From Verrucomicrobiales bacterium (GTDB taxonomy: Bacteria; Verrucomicrobiota; Verrucomicrobiia; Verrucomicrobiales; SLCJ01): a stretch of 53,769 nt of DNA. Below the pieces are notes generated by a model. That model made no database searches and had not been told where the DNA came from. It was given only the letters and a program-made list of their open reading frames with translations. Location of the stretch: contig JBJTQJ010000090.1 of assembly GCA_046075565.1 (NCBI GenBank), positions 1 through 53,769 on the forward strand. The letters are read 5' to 3'. A program made the position numbers and the translations under genes. Of the stretch, positions 21,374 through 31,746 are shown piece after piece; the first letter of the stretch is position 1; each line of letters opens with the position of its first letter.

Positions 21374-22459
21374 ATGAAAAAGCACGCCGAAGCCTTTCTT
21401 TTTGATTACCTCTCTACGCCATCACCGACCGGATTCGAAGCCCCCGGGCAGCGGAAATGGCTGCAGTATGTGAAGCAATATGCCGACAGTGTCGAAAGCG
21501 ATACCTACGGCACTGCATGGGGCACACTGAAGGGCACGGCGGAGAAAGGTCCGGTGGTGATGCTCGAAGCCCATGCCGATGAAATCGGCTACATTGTCAA
21601 ATACATCACCAAAGAAGGGTTTCTCCACATCGACCGCATCGGGGGATCAGACACCGCCACCGCGCGCGGGAGGCGTCTCGACATCATGGGCGATCAGGGC
21701 ATTGTGCGCGGCGTTATCGGCAACACGGCAATTCACCTGCGCCGCGATTCGTTGCACGACGAGAAGGCGCCGAAAATCCACGAACTCTATGTGGATGTGG
21801 GGGCGAACTCTGCCGCCGAAGTCGCGAAGATGGGCATCCGGGTTGGCCATCCCGCCGTCTATACCGACACCTGCGAGCGACTGGGCAAAAATCTGCTCGT
21901 TGGCCGCGCCCTCGACAACCGTCTCGGCGGATTTGTCATCGCGCGCGTTTTAGAAGAATTGGCAGGTGCGAAGAAACGTCCGGCCGCCACCGTGCATGTG
22001 GTCAACGCGGTGCAGGAGGAAATCGGTGGCAATGGTGCGATGATGGTCGCCCACCGGCTCTTCCCCGATATCGCGATCGTGCTTGATGTCACCCACGCCA
22101 CCGACACACCGGGAATTGCGAAGGAAGTGCATGGCGAAACCAAACTCGGTGGTGGTCCCTCGGTCACCCACGGCACCTGCAACCATCCGGAGGTGATCAA
22201 GCGGCTCATGGAAACCGCCGACAAAGCGAAGATTCCACTCCAGCATGAATCCTCCTCGCGGTATTCCGGCACCGATACCGACAAGATTTTCCACACCCGC
22301 GACGGCATCGCCTCCGGGCTCGTCTCCTTCCCGCTGCGCTACATGCATTCGGTTATCGAGACTGTGCATCTCGATGATGTCAGCCGCACCATCGAATTGC
22401 TGACGGCATTCATCGCAGGCCTCAAGCCGGGAGAGCGGTTCAAGGTGAAGCTTCTTTGA
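21374..22459 (+). CDS. M42-family metallo-aminopeptidase
   Basis: SPTGFE, AHADEIG, ALDNRLG, QEEIG, LDVTHATD, GTDTD, PLRYMHS. Confidence 0.93.
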   Translation: MKKHAEAFLFDYLSTPSPTGFEAPGQRKWLQYVKQYADSVESDTYGTAWGTLKGTAEKGPVVMLEAHADEIGYIVKYITKEGFLHIDRIGGSDTATARGRRLDIMGDQGIVRGVIGNTAIHLRRDSLHDEKAPKIHELYVDVGANSAAEVAKMGIRVGHPAVYTDTCERLGKNLLVGRALDNRLGGFVIARVLEELAGAKKRPAATVHVVNAVQEEIGGNGAMMVAHRLFPDIAIVLDVTHATDTPGIAKEVHGETKLGGGPSVTHGTCNHPEVIKRLMETADKAKIPLQHESSSRYSGTDTDKIFHTRDGIASGLVSFPLRYMHSVIETVHLDDVSRTIELLTAFIAGLKPGERFKVKLL

Positions 22460-22534
22460 CCGGCGTCATTCTTCCTCCGCTCCCCCCATTGAGGGGAGCG
22501 CATGGACGTCTTCACACGGGGTCTATGGCGGGCC

Positions 22535-25123
22535 TCAGTTCGCGACGATGTTCACCAGTTTCCCTGGCACGACGATCACCTTGCGGATGGTCAATCCTTC
22601 GAGATGTGGTTTCGCTTTCGGAGCCTGGAGCGCGCGCGCTTCCAGTTCATCCTTCGGGCAATCCGGAGCGACGGTGAGTTTGTCGCGCAGTTTGCCATTC
22701 ACCTGCACGATGATGTCGATCTCATCCACCACGAGGGCTGCAGGATCCCAGACCGGCCACGATTGCTGGCAAAGTTGGCCCGGCGGCAGCGATGGGAAAG
22801 CCGCTTGCAGGCGCGCATTCAGTTCTTCGGTCAGGTGGGGAGCGAAGGGATTGAGCAGGCGCAGGAAGATGTGGAGGATATCGGTGGAAACGGTATCACC
22901 ACTCATGAGTGCATCGTTATTGCAGACCATGAGCTGGGGAATGGCCGTGTTGAAGGCAAGTCGGTCGATATCTTCCGTGACCTTGCGGATGCTCTGGTGC
23001 ACGAGGCGGCGGACCTTCTTGTCTTCGCACGGAGTGTCGGTCACCCGGCGTGAGATTCTCCAAGTGCCTTCCTGATCTTCCTCCATCACCACTCGCCACA
23101 CGCGGGCGAGGAAACGGTTCACGCCTTCCACGCCCTTCGTGCTCCATGGTTTCGCATCCTGCAAAGGGCCCATGAACATCTCGAAGAGACGCAAAGAATC
23201 GGCTCCGTATTCGGCCACGATGTCATCGGGATTGATCACATTTCCGCGCGACTTGGACATTTTTTGTCCGTCTTCGCCTAGGATCAAGCCTTGGTTGACC
23301 AGTTTCTGGAATGGTTCGGGAGTGGAAAGATAGCCGAGGTCGTGGAGGACCTTGTGCCAGAAGCGGGCGTAGAGCAAATGCAGCACGGCGTGTTCCGTGC
23401 CGCCGACATAGAGGTCAACGGCACCGTGGGAGCCGGTGAGCCAGTAGGCTTCCGCTTCTTTGGAGAGGAAAGCATCTTTGTTGCGCGGATCGCAATAGCG
23501 CAGGTAATACCAGCAGGAACCAGCCCACTGCGGCATGGTATTGGTTTCGCGTTCGGCGGTTTCCGAATAACGAATCCAGTCCACCGCGCGGGCGAGCGGA
23601 CCACGTGGATCACCGGTGGGACGGAAGTCTTCCATCTCCGGTTGGAGCAGGGGAAGTTCCGATTCGGGGATGGCCCGATGGGATCTATTTTCCCAAACGA
23701 TGGGGAACGGTTCGCCCCAGTAACGCTGGCGGCTGAACAACCAATCGCGCAGCTTGTAGTTCACGCGTCGCAGTCCTTTGCCCTCGGCTTCCAGCCAGAG
23801 GGTCATTTTTTTCTTGGCCTCGATGGTGCCGAGCCCATCGAGGAAACCGGAGTTCACGGCAAGGCCGTCCTCGGTGAAGGCGGTTTGCTGGATTGAATCT
23901 TCTTCATCGCTGGCAATCGCTTCCGGCCCTTGCACCACTCGTTGGATCGGCAGGCCGAACGCACGGGCGAATTCGTGGTCGCGTTCGTCGTGCCCGGGCA
24001 CGGCCATGATCGCTCCCGTTCCGTAACCCATGAGCACATAGTCCGCGATCCAGATCGGGATCTCCTTGCCATTGACCGGATTGATGGCAGTGGCTCCGGT
24101 GAAGACACCGGATTTTTCCTTGGCCAACTCGGTGCGTTCAAGATCACTTTTCGACGCACAGGCCTTCCGATAGGCGGCGACGGCTTCCGCTTTCTCCGGT
24201 GTGGTGATCGTATCGACCAGCGGATGTTCCGGCGCGAGCACCATGTAGGTCGCTCCGAACAGGGTATCCGGACGAGTGGTGAAAACCGTGAGATCTTCGC
24301 CGGCGGGCGGCACCCGGAAAAATACTTCCGCGCCTTCGCTGCGGCCGATCCAATTGCGCTGGTGGGTCTTGATGCCTTCCGGCCAGTCGAGGCCATCGAG
24401 ATCATTGATCAAGCGTTCGGCATAAGCTGTGATGCGCAGCATCCATTGGCGTAGTGGCCGACGCTCAACCGTGTGGCCCTTTGAGCGCCACTCCTCGACT
24501 TCCTCGTTCGCGAGCACGGTGCCGAGATCCGGCGACCAATTCACCGGCACCTCCGCGACGTAGGCGAGGCGGACCGCGTCGATTTGTTCCTTGCTCCAAC
24601 CTTTCGCTTCCAACTCGGAAACCGGACGCGCCCGCCCGCTTTCCGCATCGACATAGCTATTATAGAGCCGCAGGAAGATCCACTGTGTCCATTTCACGTA
24701 GTCCGGGTCGGTGGTATCGACTTCGCGCGACCAATCGTAGGAAAATCCGATCGCCTTGAGCTGGCGGCGGAAATTTTTCACGTTCGCTTCGGTCGTCACC
24801 CGTGGGTGCTGGCCGGTCTTGATGGCATATTGTTCGGCGGGCAAACCGAAGGCATCCCATCCCATCGGGTGGAGGACGTTGTAGCCCTGCATGCGGCGAG
24901 CCCGTGCGAGAATGTCGGTGGCGGTATATCCCTCCGGGTGGCCGACATGGAGTCCGCTGCCGCTCGGATACGGGAACATGTCGAGCACGTAGAATTTCGG
25001 GCGAGAGGCATCGAACCCTGCCTCTCCTGGTCCAAGAGTGCGGTAGGTGTTTTCCGATTCCCACCGGCTTTGCCAAGTGGGTTCGAATTCATCAAAGGGA
25101 AAGGGCTTGCGGCGGTCGGACAT
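22535..25123 (-). CDS. leuS: Leucine--tRNA ligase
   Basis: [16 protein letters not shown] (HIGH), [10 protein letters not shown] editing domain, KMSKS. Confidence 0.99.
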   Translation of the reverse strand: MSDRRKPFPFDEFEPTWQSRWESENTYRTLGPGEAGFDASRPKFYVLDMFPYPSGSGLHVGHPEGYTATDILARARRMQGYNVLHPMGWDAFGLPAEQYAIKTGQHPRVTTEANVKNFRRQLKAIGFSYDWSREVDTTDPDYVKWTQWIFLRLYNSYVDAESGRARPVSELEAKGWSKEQIDAVRLAYVAEVPVNWSPDLGTVLANEEVEEWRSKGHTVERRPLRQWMLRITAYAERLINDLDGLDWPEGIKTHQRNWIGRSEGAEVFFRVPPAGEDLTVFTTRPDTLFGATYMVLAPEHPLVDTITTPEKAEAVAAYRKACASKSDLERTELAKEKSGVFTGATAINPVNGKEIPIWIADYVLMGYGTGAIMAVPGHDERDHEFARAFGLPIQRVVQGPEAIASDEEDSIQQTAFTEDGLAVNSGFLDGLGTIEAKKKMTLWLEAEGKGLRRVNYKLRDWLFSRQRYWGEPFPIVWENRSHRAIPESELPLLQPEMEDFRPTGDPRGPLARAVDWIRYSETAERETNTMPQWAGSCWYYLRYCDPRNKDAFLSKEAEAYWLTGSHGAVDLYVGGTEHAVLHLLYARFWHKVLHDLGYLSTPEPFQKLVNQGLILGEDGQKMSKSRGNVINPDDIVAEYGADSLRLFEMFMGPLQDAKPWSTKGVEGVNRFLARVWRVVMEEDQEGTWRISRRVTDTPCEDKKVRRLVHQSIRKVTEDIDRLAFNTAIPQLMVCNNDALMSGDTVSTDILHIFLRLLNPFAPHLTEELNARLQAAFPSLPPGQLCQQSWPVWDPAALVVDEIDIIVQVNGKLRDKLTVAPDCPKDELEARALQAPKAKPHLEGLTIRKVIVVPGKLVNIVAN

Positions 25124-25214
25124 GGTGGGAAACGCGGACTCTAGCATCCGTCATGCTTTTCCGCCAGCAGGAACGGGTTTTTCCAGCCGCACCGTCCCTA
25201 GCGGTGTCCAATCT

Positions 25215-25291
<77 letters not shown>

Positions 25292-25398
25292 ATCTTGGGA
25301 ACCCAGCAGACAGTAAAAAACCGTTCACGCGGGAGGTGAAATTCGGCCTTTCCCACAAATTTGCAAACCATTTCTTGGCTCATGCGGGCTCAATGCAC

Positions 25399-25896
25399 TC
25401 ACCCCCACGGTGGAGGTTCCTCGGCAACCAGCGGCAGATCCATCTCTTTTCCCGCCTTCCGGCACGGCGGCTCGCCGAGCAATGATGGCAGTCGCGCCTC
25501 GAGCCAGGCGCGTGCTTCCCGCGTTTTGACCGCGCAGGCCCAGATGGTGATCACGTGCCAGCCGAGGGCGCGCAGTTCGTTTTCAACCCGCGTGTCGCGC
25601 TTCCGGTTGCCTTCGATCTTCTGTTTCCACCAGTTCCGGCGGGATTTTGGCAGGTGGAAATCCGGGCAATTCTCGTGGCCGTGCCAGAAACATCCATGCA
25701 CCAGAACCACCGTGCGCAGGGCGGGAAGCACGATGTCGGGTTTCCCGGGAAGCTGGCGGTTGCGCGGACCTCTCACCGTGAAGCGATAGGCGAGCCGGTG
25801 CAGAAGCGATCGCACCCGCTTTTCCGGTCCGGTGTCGGACCCGGTGATGCGGGCCATCACTTCCGAGCGTTTTTCCGGCGACCAGATATCGGCCAT
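25399..25896 (-). CDS. vsr: Very short patch repair endonuclease
   Basis: MADIWSPEKRSEVMARI..DTGPE, LPGKPDIV, VHGCFWHGH, W..KIEGNRKRD, GWHVITIWAC. Confidence 0.93.
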   Translation of the reverse strand: MADIWSPEKRSEVMARITGSDTGPEKRVRSLLHRLAYRFTVRGPRNRQLPGKPDIVLPALRTVVLVHGCFWHGHENCPDFHLPKSRRNWWKQKIEGNRKRDTRVENELRALGWHVITIWACAVKTREARAWLEARLPSLLGEPPCRKAGKEMDLPLVAEEPPPWG

Positions 25897-25993
25897 GGGG
25901 AAAAGCTGCCATCACCAGGGAAACCGGCAAGCGCCGATGGTGCGGCGAAAGGAAAACGTGGACAACCGCGCCTCCATCCGGCACGCTGGAACC

Positions 25994-26929
25994 ATGGCCA
26001 ACGATGCCTACGAGCTATTTGTTCCATCCGAGCGGGACCACGATGAGTTGGCCCGCTTGATTCATCATTCCACCAACACCTGGTATGAGCGGAATCGCGG
26101 CTATCGCATCTTCACATGCACGCCGGAGGACTGCCGAATTTTTCCCGACTTCTACGGGGAGTTGGATCCGGGCCAGGCGATCGCTCTGCGCTGCCGGAAA
26201 GATCGACTCATCGCGGCATCGTGTTTTTACCATCCCCGGATCACCCATGCGTCGCTTGGCATCATGAACGTGCATCCCGAGCATGCCGGACGAGGGTTGG
26301 CGAGTCGTTTGTTAGGAGAAATCACCGCCCGTGCCGAAGGCGCGCGTCTTCCGTTGCGTTTGGTCTCCAGCGCGATGAATCTCGATTCGTATTCGCTCTA
26401 CACCCGCCACGGCTTCGTGCCCTTCGCCATTTACCAGGATATGCTCCTGCGCGTGCCGGAAGAGGGGTTGCCTCCCGCCGCCCAGGAACTACCCCGCGTC
26501 CGCCCGGCCGGGACAAAGGACATCGCCGCCATGGTCGATCTGGAAATGGAAATCGCGGGGATCCGGCGTCCGGGAGACATCGCGCGGTTTGTCGAGGATA
26601 CAAGCGGTTGGTGGCGGGTCTTTGTGGTGGAGAATCCGGATGGTTCGCTGGACGGTTATTTGGCCTCCATTGATCATCCGGCCAGCCGGATCATTGGACC
26701 GGGTGTGGCTCACGGCGATGCCACTGCCGTGGCCTTGGCCCGTGCCCAACTCGACCATTTCCGGGGTCTGCAGCCGTTGATCCTTTTGCCCGCTGACCGC
26801 CCGGCATTATCCCGCGCACTGCACGACCTCGGGGCGCGAAATTGCGAGATCCACTTCGCCCAAGCCCGGGGACCGGTGCCGAAGCCAACCGGCATCGTCT
26901 TCCCGACCTTCCTTCCGGAATCGGGATAA
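25994..26929 (+). CDS. GNAT-family N-acetyltransferase (tandem GNAT-like domains)
   Basis: MNVHPEHAGRGLASRLL acetyl-CoA motif, SLYTRHGF. Confidence 0.85.
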   Translation: MANDAYELFVPSERDHDELARLIHHSTNTWYERNRGYRIFTCTPEDCRIFPDFYGELDPGQAIALRCRKDRLIAASCFYHPRITHASLGIMNVHPEHAGRGLASRLLGEITARAEGARLPLRLVSSAMNLDSYSLYTRHGFVPFAIYQDMLLRVPEEGLPPAAQELPRVRPAGTKDIAAMVDLEMEIAGIRRPGDIARFVEDTSGWWRVFVVENPDGSLDGYLASIDHPASRIIGPGVAHGDATAVALARAQLDHFRGLQPLILLPADRPALSRALHDLGARNCEIHFAQARGPVPKPTGIVFPTFLPESG

Positions 26930-26938
26930 CCGATTGTC

Positions 26939-27820
26939 TCACTCTTTCGGCATCATCGACGGCACGAGGGCTGCATCCGCGTCCAAGGCGCTGAGAAAAT
27001 CCGGATACAGCGGCGACCAGCCTGTTGTGCGCAGGCGGGCATTCGACACCGCTTTGCTCGTCCATCCGCGTTTGCGCCCGATCGGGCGCGGACCTTCCGG
27101 TGGCACGGGCAGCCCGAGACGGGCGGCGGCCTGCTCTAACAATTCACGCTGCTCCATGGGTGTATCATCGGCCACGTTGACCAGATGAGGTGTATCGGCA
27201 AAACGAGCGAGCAGATGTTGGATGGCACGAGCCGCATCGTCGCGGTGGATTTGATTGACCACACGTTTGCCGCCGTCTTCGATCACCGCCTCTCCACGCA
27301 GCAATTTGCCCAAGATGACCGCGCGCCCTGGGCCGTAGATCCCGGCCAATCGTGCTACCTTCGCTCCGGCGGCGAGCGCGATGTCCTCGGCCTGGCGGAG
27401 CAGTCTTCCGGTTTCCGTGCCCGGCTCGGCGGGCGAGTCCTCGGTCACAACCGAACCATCCGTCTGCCCATAGACCGACGTGCTACTGGTGAAAACGAGC
27501 GCCACGCCGGGGAACTCGGTGGTCAAGTGCCGCAAACCAGCGACAAAAACCCGCTCGTAGGCTTCGGTTCCCCCGCGTGACGAACTGGCGGCATGCACCA
27601 TGGCATCAACCCGCGGCAAAGCCGACCGCACCGCCGCCACGGAGTGGCCATCGCCCAGATCGGCGGCCAGCCACTCCAGCCCAGCCGGACCGTCTTTCTC
27701 CGGGGCGCGGCTCAAACCGACCACACGCCATCCGTCGTCGAGGAAAAGGCGCGCCACTTCCTTCCCCAGATAGCCGCAACCGGCCACCAGCAGCAAAGGA
27801 CGCGAGTCGGAGTTTTCCAT
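26939..27820 (-). CDS. NAD-dependent epimerase/dehydratase (YeeZ-like SDR)
   Basis: [35 protein letters not shown]. Confidence 0.9.
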   Translation of the reverse strand: MENSDSRPLLLVAGCGYLGKEVARLFLDDGWRVVGLSRAPEKDGPAGLEWLAADLGDGHSVAAVRSALPRVDAMVHAASSSRGGTEAYERVFVAGLRHLTTEFPGVALVFTSSTSVYGQTDGSVVTEDSPAEPGTETGRLLRQAEDIALAAGAKVARLAGIYGPGRAVILGKLLRGEAVIEDGGKRVVNQIHRDDAARAIQHLLARFADTPHLVNVADDTPMEQRELLEQAAARLGLPVPPEGPRPIGRKRGWTSKAVSNARLRTTGWSPLYPDFLSALDADAALVPSMMPKE

Positions 27821-27918
27821 GTTTCGCAATCTACGCTCGGCCCACCGCTGGGAAAACGACGAAGATCCAGTGGCGGGCAATTTCCAGCATTGCCGAGCGG
27901 GGCAAAAGCCGCCACGCT

Positions 27919-28956
27919 ATGGCCATGGCACGATTGGATGAACTGGCCGCCCTCGTCGGGGCCGAAATCACGGGCCCGGGCGACCGGGTGATCTCCGGCG
28001 TCGCTTCGCTCGTCGAGGCGGGACCCGACGACATCAGTTTTTTCCACAATCCAAAGTATCTCCAGCAACTCGCCCGCACTGTCGCCGGAGCGGTGCTCGT
28101 GCCGACCAGCCTCGATCGCACCACTCTTCCCGAAGGACCGGTCTATCTCGCCGTCGAAAACCCGTCTTTTGCTTTCGCGGCCATTGTCGGCCATTTCCAA
28201 CCCCCGCCGCCCCCGCCGGTCTTTGGCATCCATCCCCGAGCGGTGGTGGATGAGTCTGCCCAGTGCAATCCGGCGGCTGTTTCCATCGGCCCGGGAGCAG
28301 TCGTCTCCGCCGGAGTGAAAATCGGTGATGGCACCATCATCGGTGCCAATGTTTTTCTCGGCCCCGGCGTGGTGGTGGGAGAAAATTGCCAATTTCATCC
28401 CGGCGTGGTTGTGCAAACGAATTGCCGAATCGGCAACCGCGTCATCCTGCAACCGAATGTGGTCATTGGAGGCGATGGCTTCGGCTACGAAATGGTCGAT
28501 GGGCGTCAACTCAAGATCGATCAGGTCGGTATCGTGCAACTCGAGGATGATGTCGAGATCGGAGCCGGCTCGACCATCGACCGCGCCCGCTTCGGGCGCA
28601 CGCTCATCGGCGAAGGCACGAAGATCGACAATCAGGTGCAAATCGCCCACAACGTCATTATCGGCAAACATTGCGTCATTGTCTCGCAGACCGGCGTCGC
28701 CGGCAGCACCATCATTGGCAACCATGTAACCCTCGCCGCCAAAGTCGGCGTGGCCGGGCACCTCCATATTTGCGACCGCGCCGTGATCATGGGCGATGCC
28801 AACGTGACCAAAAACATCACCGAACCCGGCTACTACATGGGTTATCCCGCGGCTCCAGCCAATGAAGCCCGCCGCCAGACCGCGGCCGCCCGCCTTTTGC
28901 CCGAGTTGCTCAACCGCGTGCGGAATTTGGAAAAATCCCAAAGCCCGCCAACGTAG
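27919..28956 (+). CDS. lpxD: UDP-3-O-(3-hydroxyacyl)glucosamine N-acyltransferase
   Basis: Hexapeptide repeats, [25 protein letters not shown]. Confidence 0.97.
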   Translation: MAMARLDELAALVGAEITGPGDRVISGVASLVEAGPDDISFFHNPKYLQQLARTVAGAVLVPTSLDRTTLPEGPVYLAVENPSFAFAAIVGHFQPPPPPPVFGIHPRAVVDESAQCNPAAVSIGPGAVVSAGVKIGDGTIIGANVFLGPGVVVGENCQFHPGVVVQTNCRIGNRVILQPNVVIGGDGFGYEMVDGRQLKIDQVGIVQLEDDVEIGAGSTIDRARFGRTLIGEGTKIDNQVQIAHNVIIGKHCVIVSQTGVAGSTIIGNHVTLAAKVGVAGHLHICDRAVIMGDANVTKNITEPGYYMGYPAAPANEARRQTAAARLLPELLNRVRNLEKSQSPPT

Positions 28957-29051
28957 TAGGGGCCGTAGCTAGACCTTTGGAGCCTTCGAAGCCTCGGCGA
29001 AGTAGGCCCGGTCAATATCCCAAACACCGAAGAAACATCCGCCTCCCACCT

Positions 29052-29837
29052 ATGAAATCGATTCAATTGCTTGCCCTCGCCGCCATCACCTGCTGCGCCA
29101 CTCCAATCCTGCGTGCCGAAGATCCGAAACCCGATGCCGATGGTTGGATCTCTCTCTTCAATGGCAAGGACCTGACGGGCTGGACCCCGAAAATTACCGG
29201 CTACGATCTCGGCGACAATTTCGCCAACACCTACCGCGTCGAGGATGGTGTCATTAAAGTTTCCTACGACGGCTATCCCGAGTTCGCGCAGAAGTTCGGC
29301 CACCTTTTCTACAAGACTCCTTACACCGACTACATCTTCCAGGTTGAATACCGTTTCACCGGCGAGCAAGTCAATGGCGGCCCCGGTTGGGCCAAACGCA
29401 ACAGCGGTGTGATGATCCACGGACAGGATCCCGCCACCATGACCAAAGGCCAGGACTTCCCGGTTTCCCTCGAAGTGCAGCTCCTCGGTGGATTCGGCGA
29501 AGGCGAACGCACCACCGCCAACCTCTGCACGCCGGGCACCCTCGTGAGCATCGACGGCAAACTCCGCAAGGAACATTGTATCAGCTCCAAGTCGAAAACC
29601 TTTAACGGGGAAGTCTGGGTCACCTGTGAAATCGAAGCCCGTGGCAACAAGATCATCCACCGCATCAATGGCGAGGAAGTGATGAGCTACGAAAACCCCG
29701 TGCTCGACCCCAATCACGGCGAGGCGAAAAAATTGATCAAGGATGGCAAAGTCGAATTGACCGGCGGCACCATTTCCCTGCAATCGGAAAGCCACCCGGT
29801 CGAGTTCCGCAACATCCGGATCAAGCCGTTGAAATGA
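29052..29837 (+). CDS. DUF1080 / 3-keto-disaccharide hydrolase-family exported protein
   Basis: Signal peptide; WISLFNGKDLTGW, NSGV, G.ISLQSESHPVEFRNIRIK. Confidence 0.9.
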   Translation: MKSIQLLALAAITCCATPILRAEDPKPDADGWISLFNGKDLTGWTPKITGYDLGDNFANTYRVEDGVIKVSYDGYPEFAQKFGHLFYKTPYTDYIFQVEYRFTGEQVNGGPGWAKRNSGVMIHGQDPATMTKGQDFPVSLEVQLLGGFGEGERTTANLCTPGTLVSIDGKLRKEHCISSKSKTFNGEVWVTCEIEARGNKIIHRINGEEVMSYENPVLDPNHGEAKKLIKDGKVELTGGTISLQSESHPVEFRNIRIKPLK

Positions 29838-30613
29838 GCGTTGAACCCAGCAAGGGAAAAATCCGCCATTCCGTCAGCCGCTGGTGTTTCGGCAGCATTC
29901 CGTTGCCGGAGTTCTGTGCCGCCGTCAAACCGCTCGGCATCGAATCAGTCGAGTTATTGACCGTCGACGAGATCCCCGTGGTCAAGGAGCACGGACTCAC
30001 CTGCGCCATGGTGAGCGGCGTGCCCGGTGGCATTGAAAACGGGCTCAACCGGTTGGAAAACCACGATGCGATTGTGCATTGGTTCGCCGCCACCGCGCCC
30101 GCCATCGCCGGACTCGGCTGTGAAAATGTCGTGGTCTTTCCCGGCAACCGCGCCGGCATGGATGATGAAACCGGAGCCGCCAATACCATCGCCGGATTAC
30201 GCCGCGTTGTTCCCATTCTTGAAGAAAACGGACTCCGCGCCTTGCTCGAATTGCTCAACAGCAAGGTTGATCATCCGGACTATATGGCCGACCACACCTC
30301 TTGGGGAGTCAAAGTTTGTGAAGGTGTCGGCTCTGACCGCGTGAAGTTGCTCTACGACATCTACCACATGCAGATCATGGAAGGGGATGTCATCCGCACC
30401 ATTGGCGAGGCGCATGCCCACATCGGGCACTACCACACCGCCGGTGTGCCAGGGCGCCACGAAATCGACGAGACACAGGAGCTCCATTACCCGGCCATCG
30501 TCCGCGCCATCGCCGCCACCGGTTTCAATGGCTTCCTCGGCCAGGAGTTTATCCCCACCGCCAGCGACCCTATCGCCGCCCTCGCGGATGCCATCCGTCG
30601 CTGCACGGTGTGA
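29834..30613 (+). CDS. Hydroxypyruvate isomerase-family TIM barrel protein
   Basis: ELLNSKVDHPDY, LLYDIYHMQIMEGD, HTAGVPGRHE, QEF; ATGA overlap with DUF1080 gene. Confidence 0.9.
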   Translation: MSVEPSKGKIRHSVSRWCFGSIPLPEFCAAVKPLGIESVELLTVDEIPVVKEHGLTCAMVSGVPGGIENGLNRLENHDAIVHWFAATAPAIAGLGCENVVVFPGNRAGMDDETGAANTIAGLRRVVPILEENGLRALLELLNSKVDHPDYMADHTSWGVKVCEGVGSDRVKLLYDIYHMQIMEGDVIRTIGEAHAHIGHYHTAGVPGRHEIDETQELHYPAIVRAIAATGFNGFLGQEFIPTASDPIAALADAIRRCTV

Positions 30614-30664
30614 GCGGTTCGTCTTCGGGAGTGTGCCGGGTGGGAATCGCCCTGAATACCAGCT

Positions 30665-31087
30665 TCAGATCTGCTCCATCCTCAGACCGATTTGGGTCGA
30701 ATGGAGATCGACAGAGAGAACCTTCGACGAGTATTGCTCAATCCAGGCTACGATCTCCGATTCGTTCATTTCATTCAGGCTCACGGTCATGTAGGACCCG
30801 GCTTCAAATCCTTCGAGACCCGCCACCAGTGGATGATTTGTTAGCCAAGGGAAAAGCGACTCCGGACTCTCCTCGTGCGGGTAGTGGGCGTTGATGGTGC
30901 AATCCATGATCTGGAGATACATGTCAGGCTGATCGACAAATTCCAGGGTGGCACAATTTCCGCCCGCCTGTTCGACAACGGATTTCACAGCGATACGAAT
31001 CACATCCCGTGACGTGGCTCCATCAGGAATTGCCTTGGCCGTCGGCTCAGGCTCTGAGCTGTCGAAGAATTTCGACAGGAAACTCAT
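30665..31087 (-). CDS. Hypothetical acidic protein
   Basis: 140-aa ORF whose ATG overlaps the upstream stop (ATGA at 31084-31087). Confidence 0.6.
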   Translation of the reverse strand: MSFLSKFFDSSEPEPTAKAIPDGATSRDVIRIAVKSVVEQAGGNCATLEFVDQPDMYLQIMDCTINAHYPHEESPESLFPWLTNHPLVAGLEGFEAGSYMTVSLNEMNESEIVAWIEQYSSKVLSVDLHSTQIGLRMEQI

Positions 31088-31692
31088 GGCTGGGGATTTT
31101 CGGGACTGGCCTCCGGTTCGTTCGATGCCGTCGGTTCCCCGGATTCCGTGATTTCCGGCGCGCCTTCCTCCGCCGGGATTTTGTGATCCTGATCGAGGAG
31201 GAGGACAACTTCGGACTGCACGCGGTCCACATCAGCGAGCGGGATCTCCGGGTCGCGGACGAGCAGCACATCGCCGGTTTTGCGGTGTTCGTAGATGAGC
31301 AATTTAGTTTCGCCGATCTTGTGGCTATCGGTTTGGCGGAGGATTTTCTGGCGTTCGAGCATGACGGCGAGAATGAAGCGCGCGTTCTCGGTGTGGGCTT
31401 CGTCCTCGGTCACGAGGCGGCGCAGGAGTTCTTCCGCGTTCTCCTTGCGCACCGCTTCGGTTTTCTGTTCACGGACGGGTGGGGCGTAGGTGGAGCGCCA
31501 ATGGGAAAAGGCGCTTTGCGCCGGTCCGCTTTCGGCTTCCCATGCATCGGTGGAATAGTCGCGGCGTTCGAGGTTGCCATCCTCGGATTCAAAAAGGGCG
31601 GTGTGGAAAACCTCGCCCTCCTCGAACGGGCGTCCGGTGCCCGCGCAGACATGGGCGCGGCTTTTGATATTCCATTGTTCGGTGATGGCCAT
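31084..31692 (-). CDS. Conserved hypothetical protein
   Basis: 202 aa, W.IKSRAH.C..TGRPF, FILAVMLERQKIL; co-oriented downstream of lptF/G. Confidence 0.75.
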   Translation of the reverse strand: MAITEQWNIKSRAHVCAGTGRPFEEGEVFHTALFESEDGNLERRDYSTDAWEAESGPAQSAFSHWRSTYAPPVREQKTEAVRKENAEELLRRLVTEDEAHTENARFILAVMLERQKILRQTDSHKIGETKLLIYEHRKTGDVLLVRDPEIPLADVDRVQSEVVLLLDQDHKIPAEEGAPEITESGEPTASNEPEASPENPQP

Positions 31693-31746
31693 GGCGGAGA
31701 ATGGTGCGGGTAGGGCGGGCGTGCAACCCCGGAATGCGGTGCTTGG

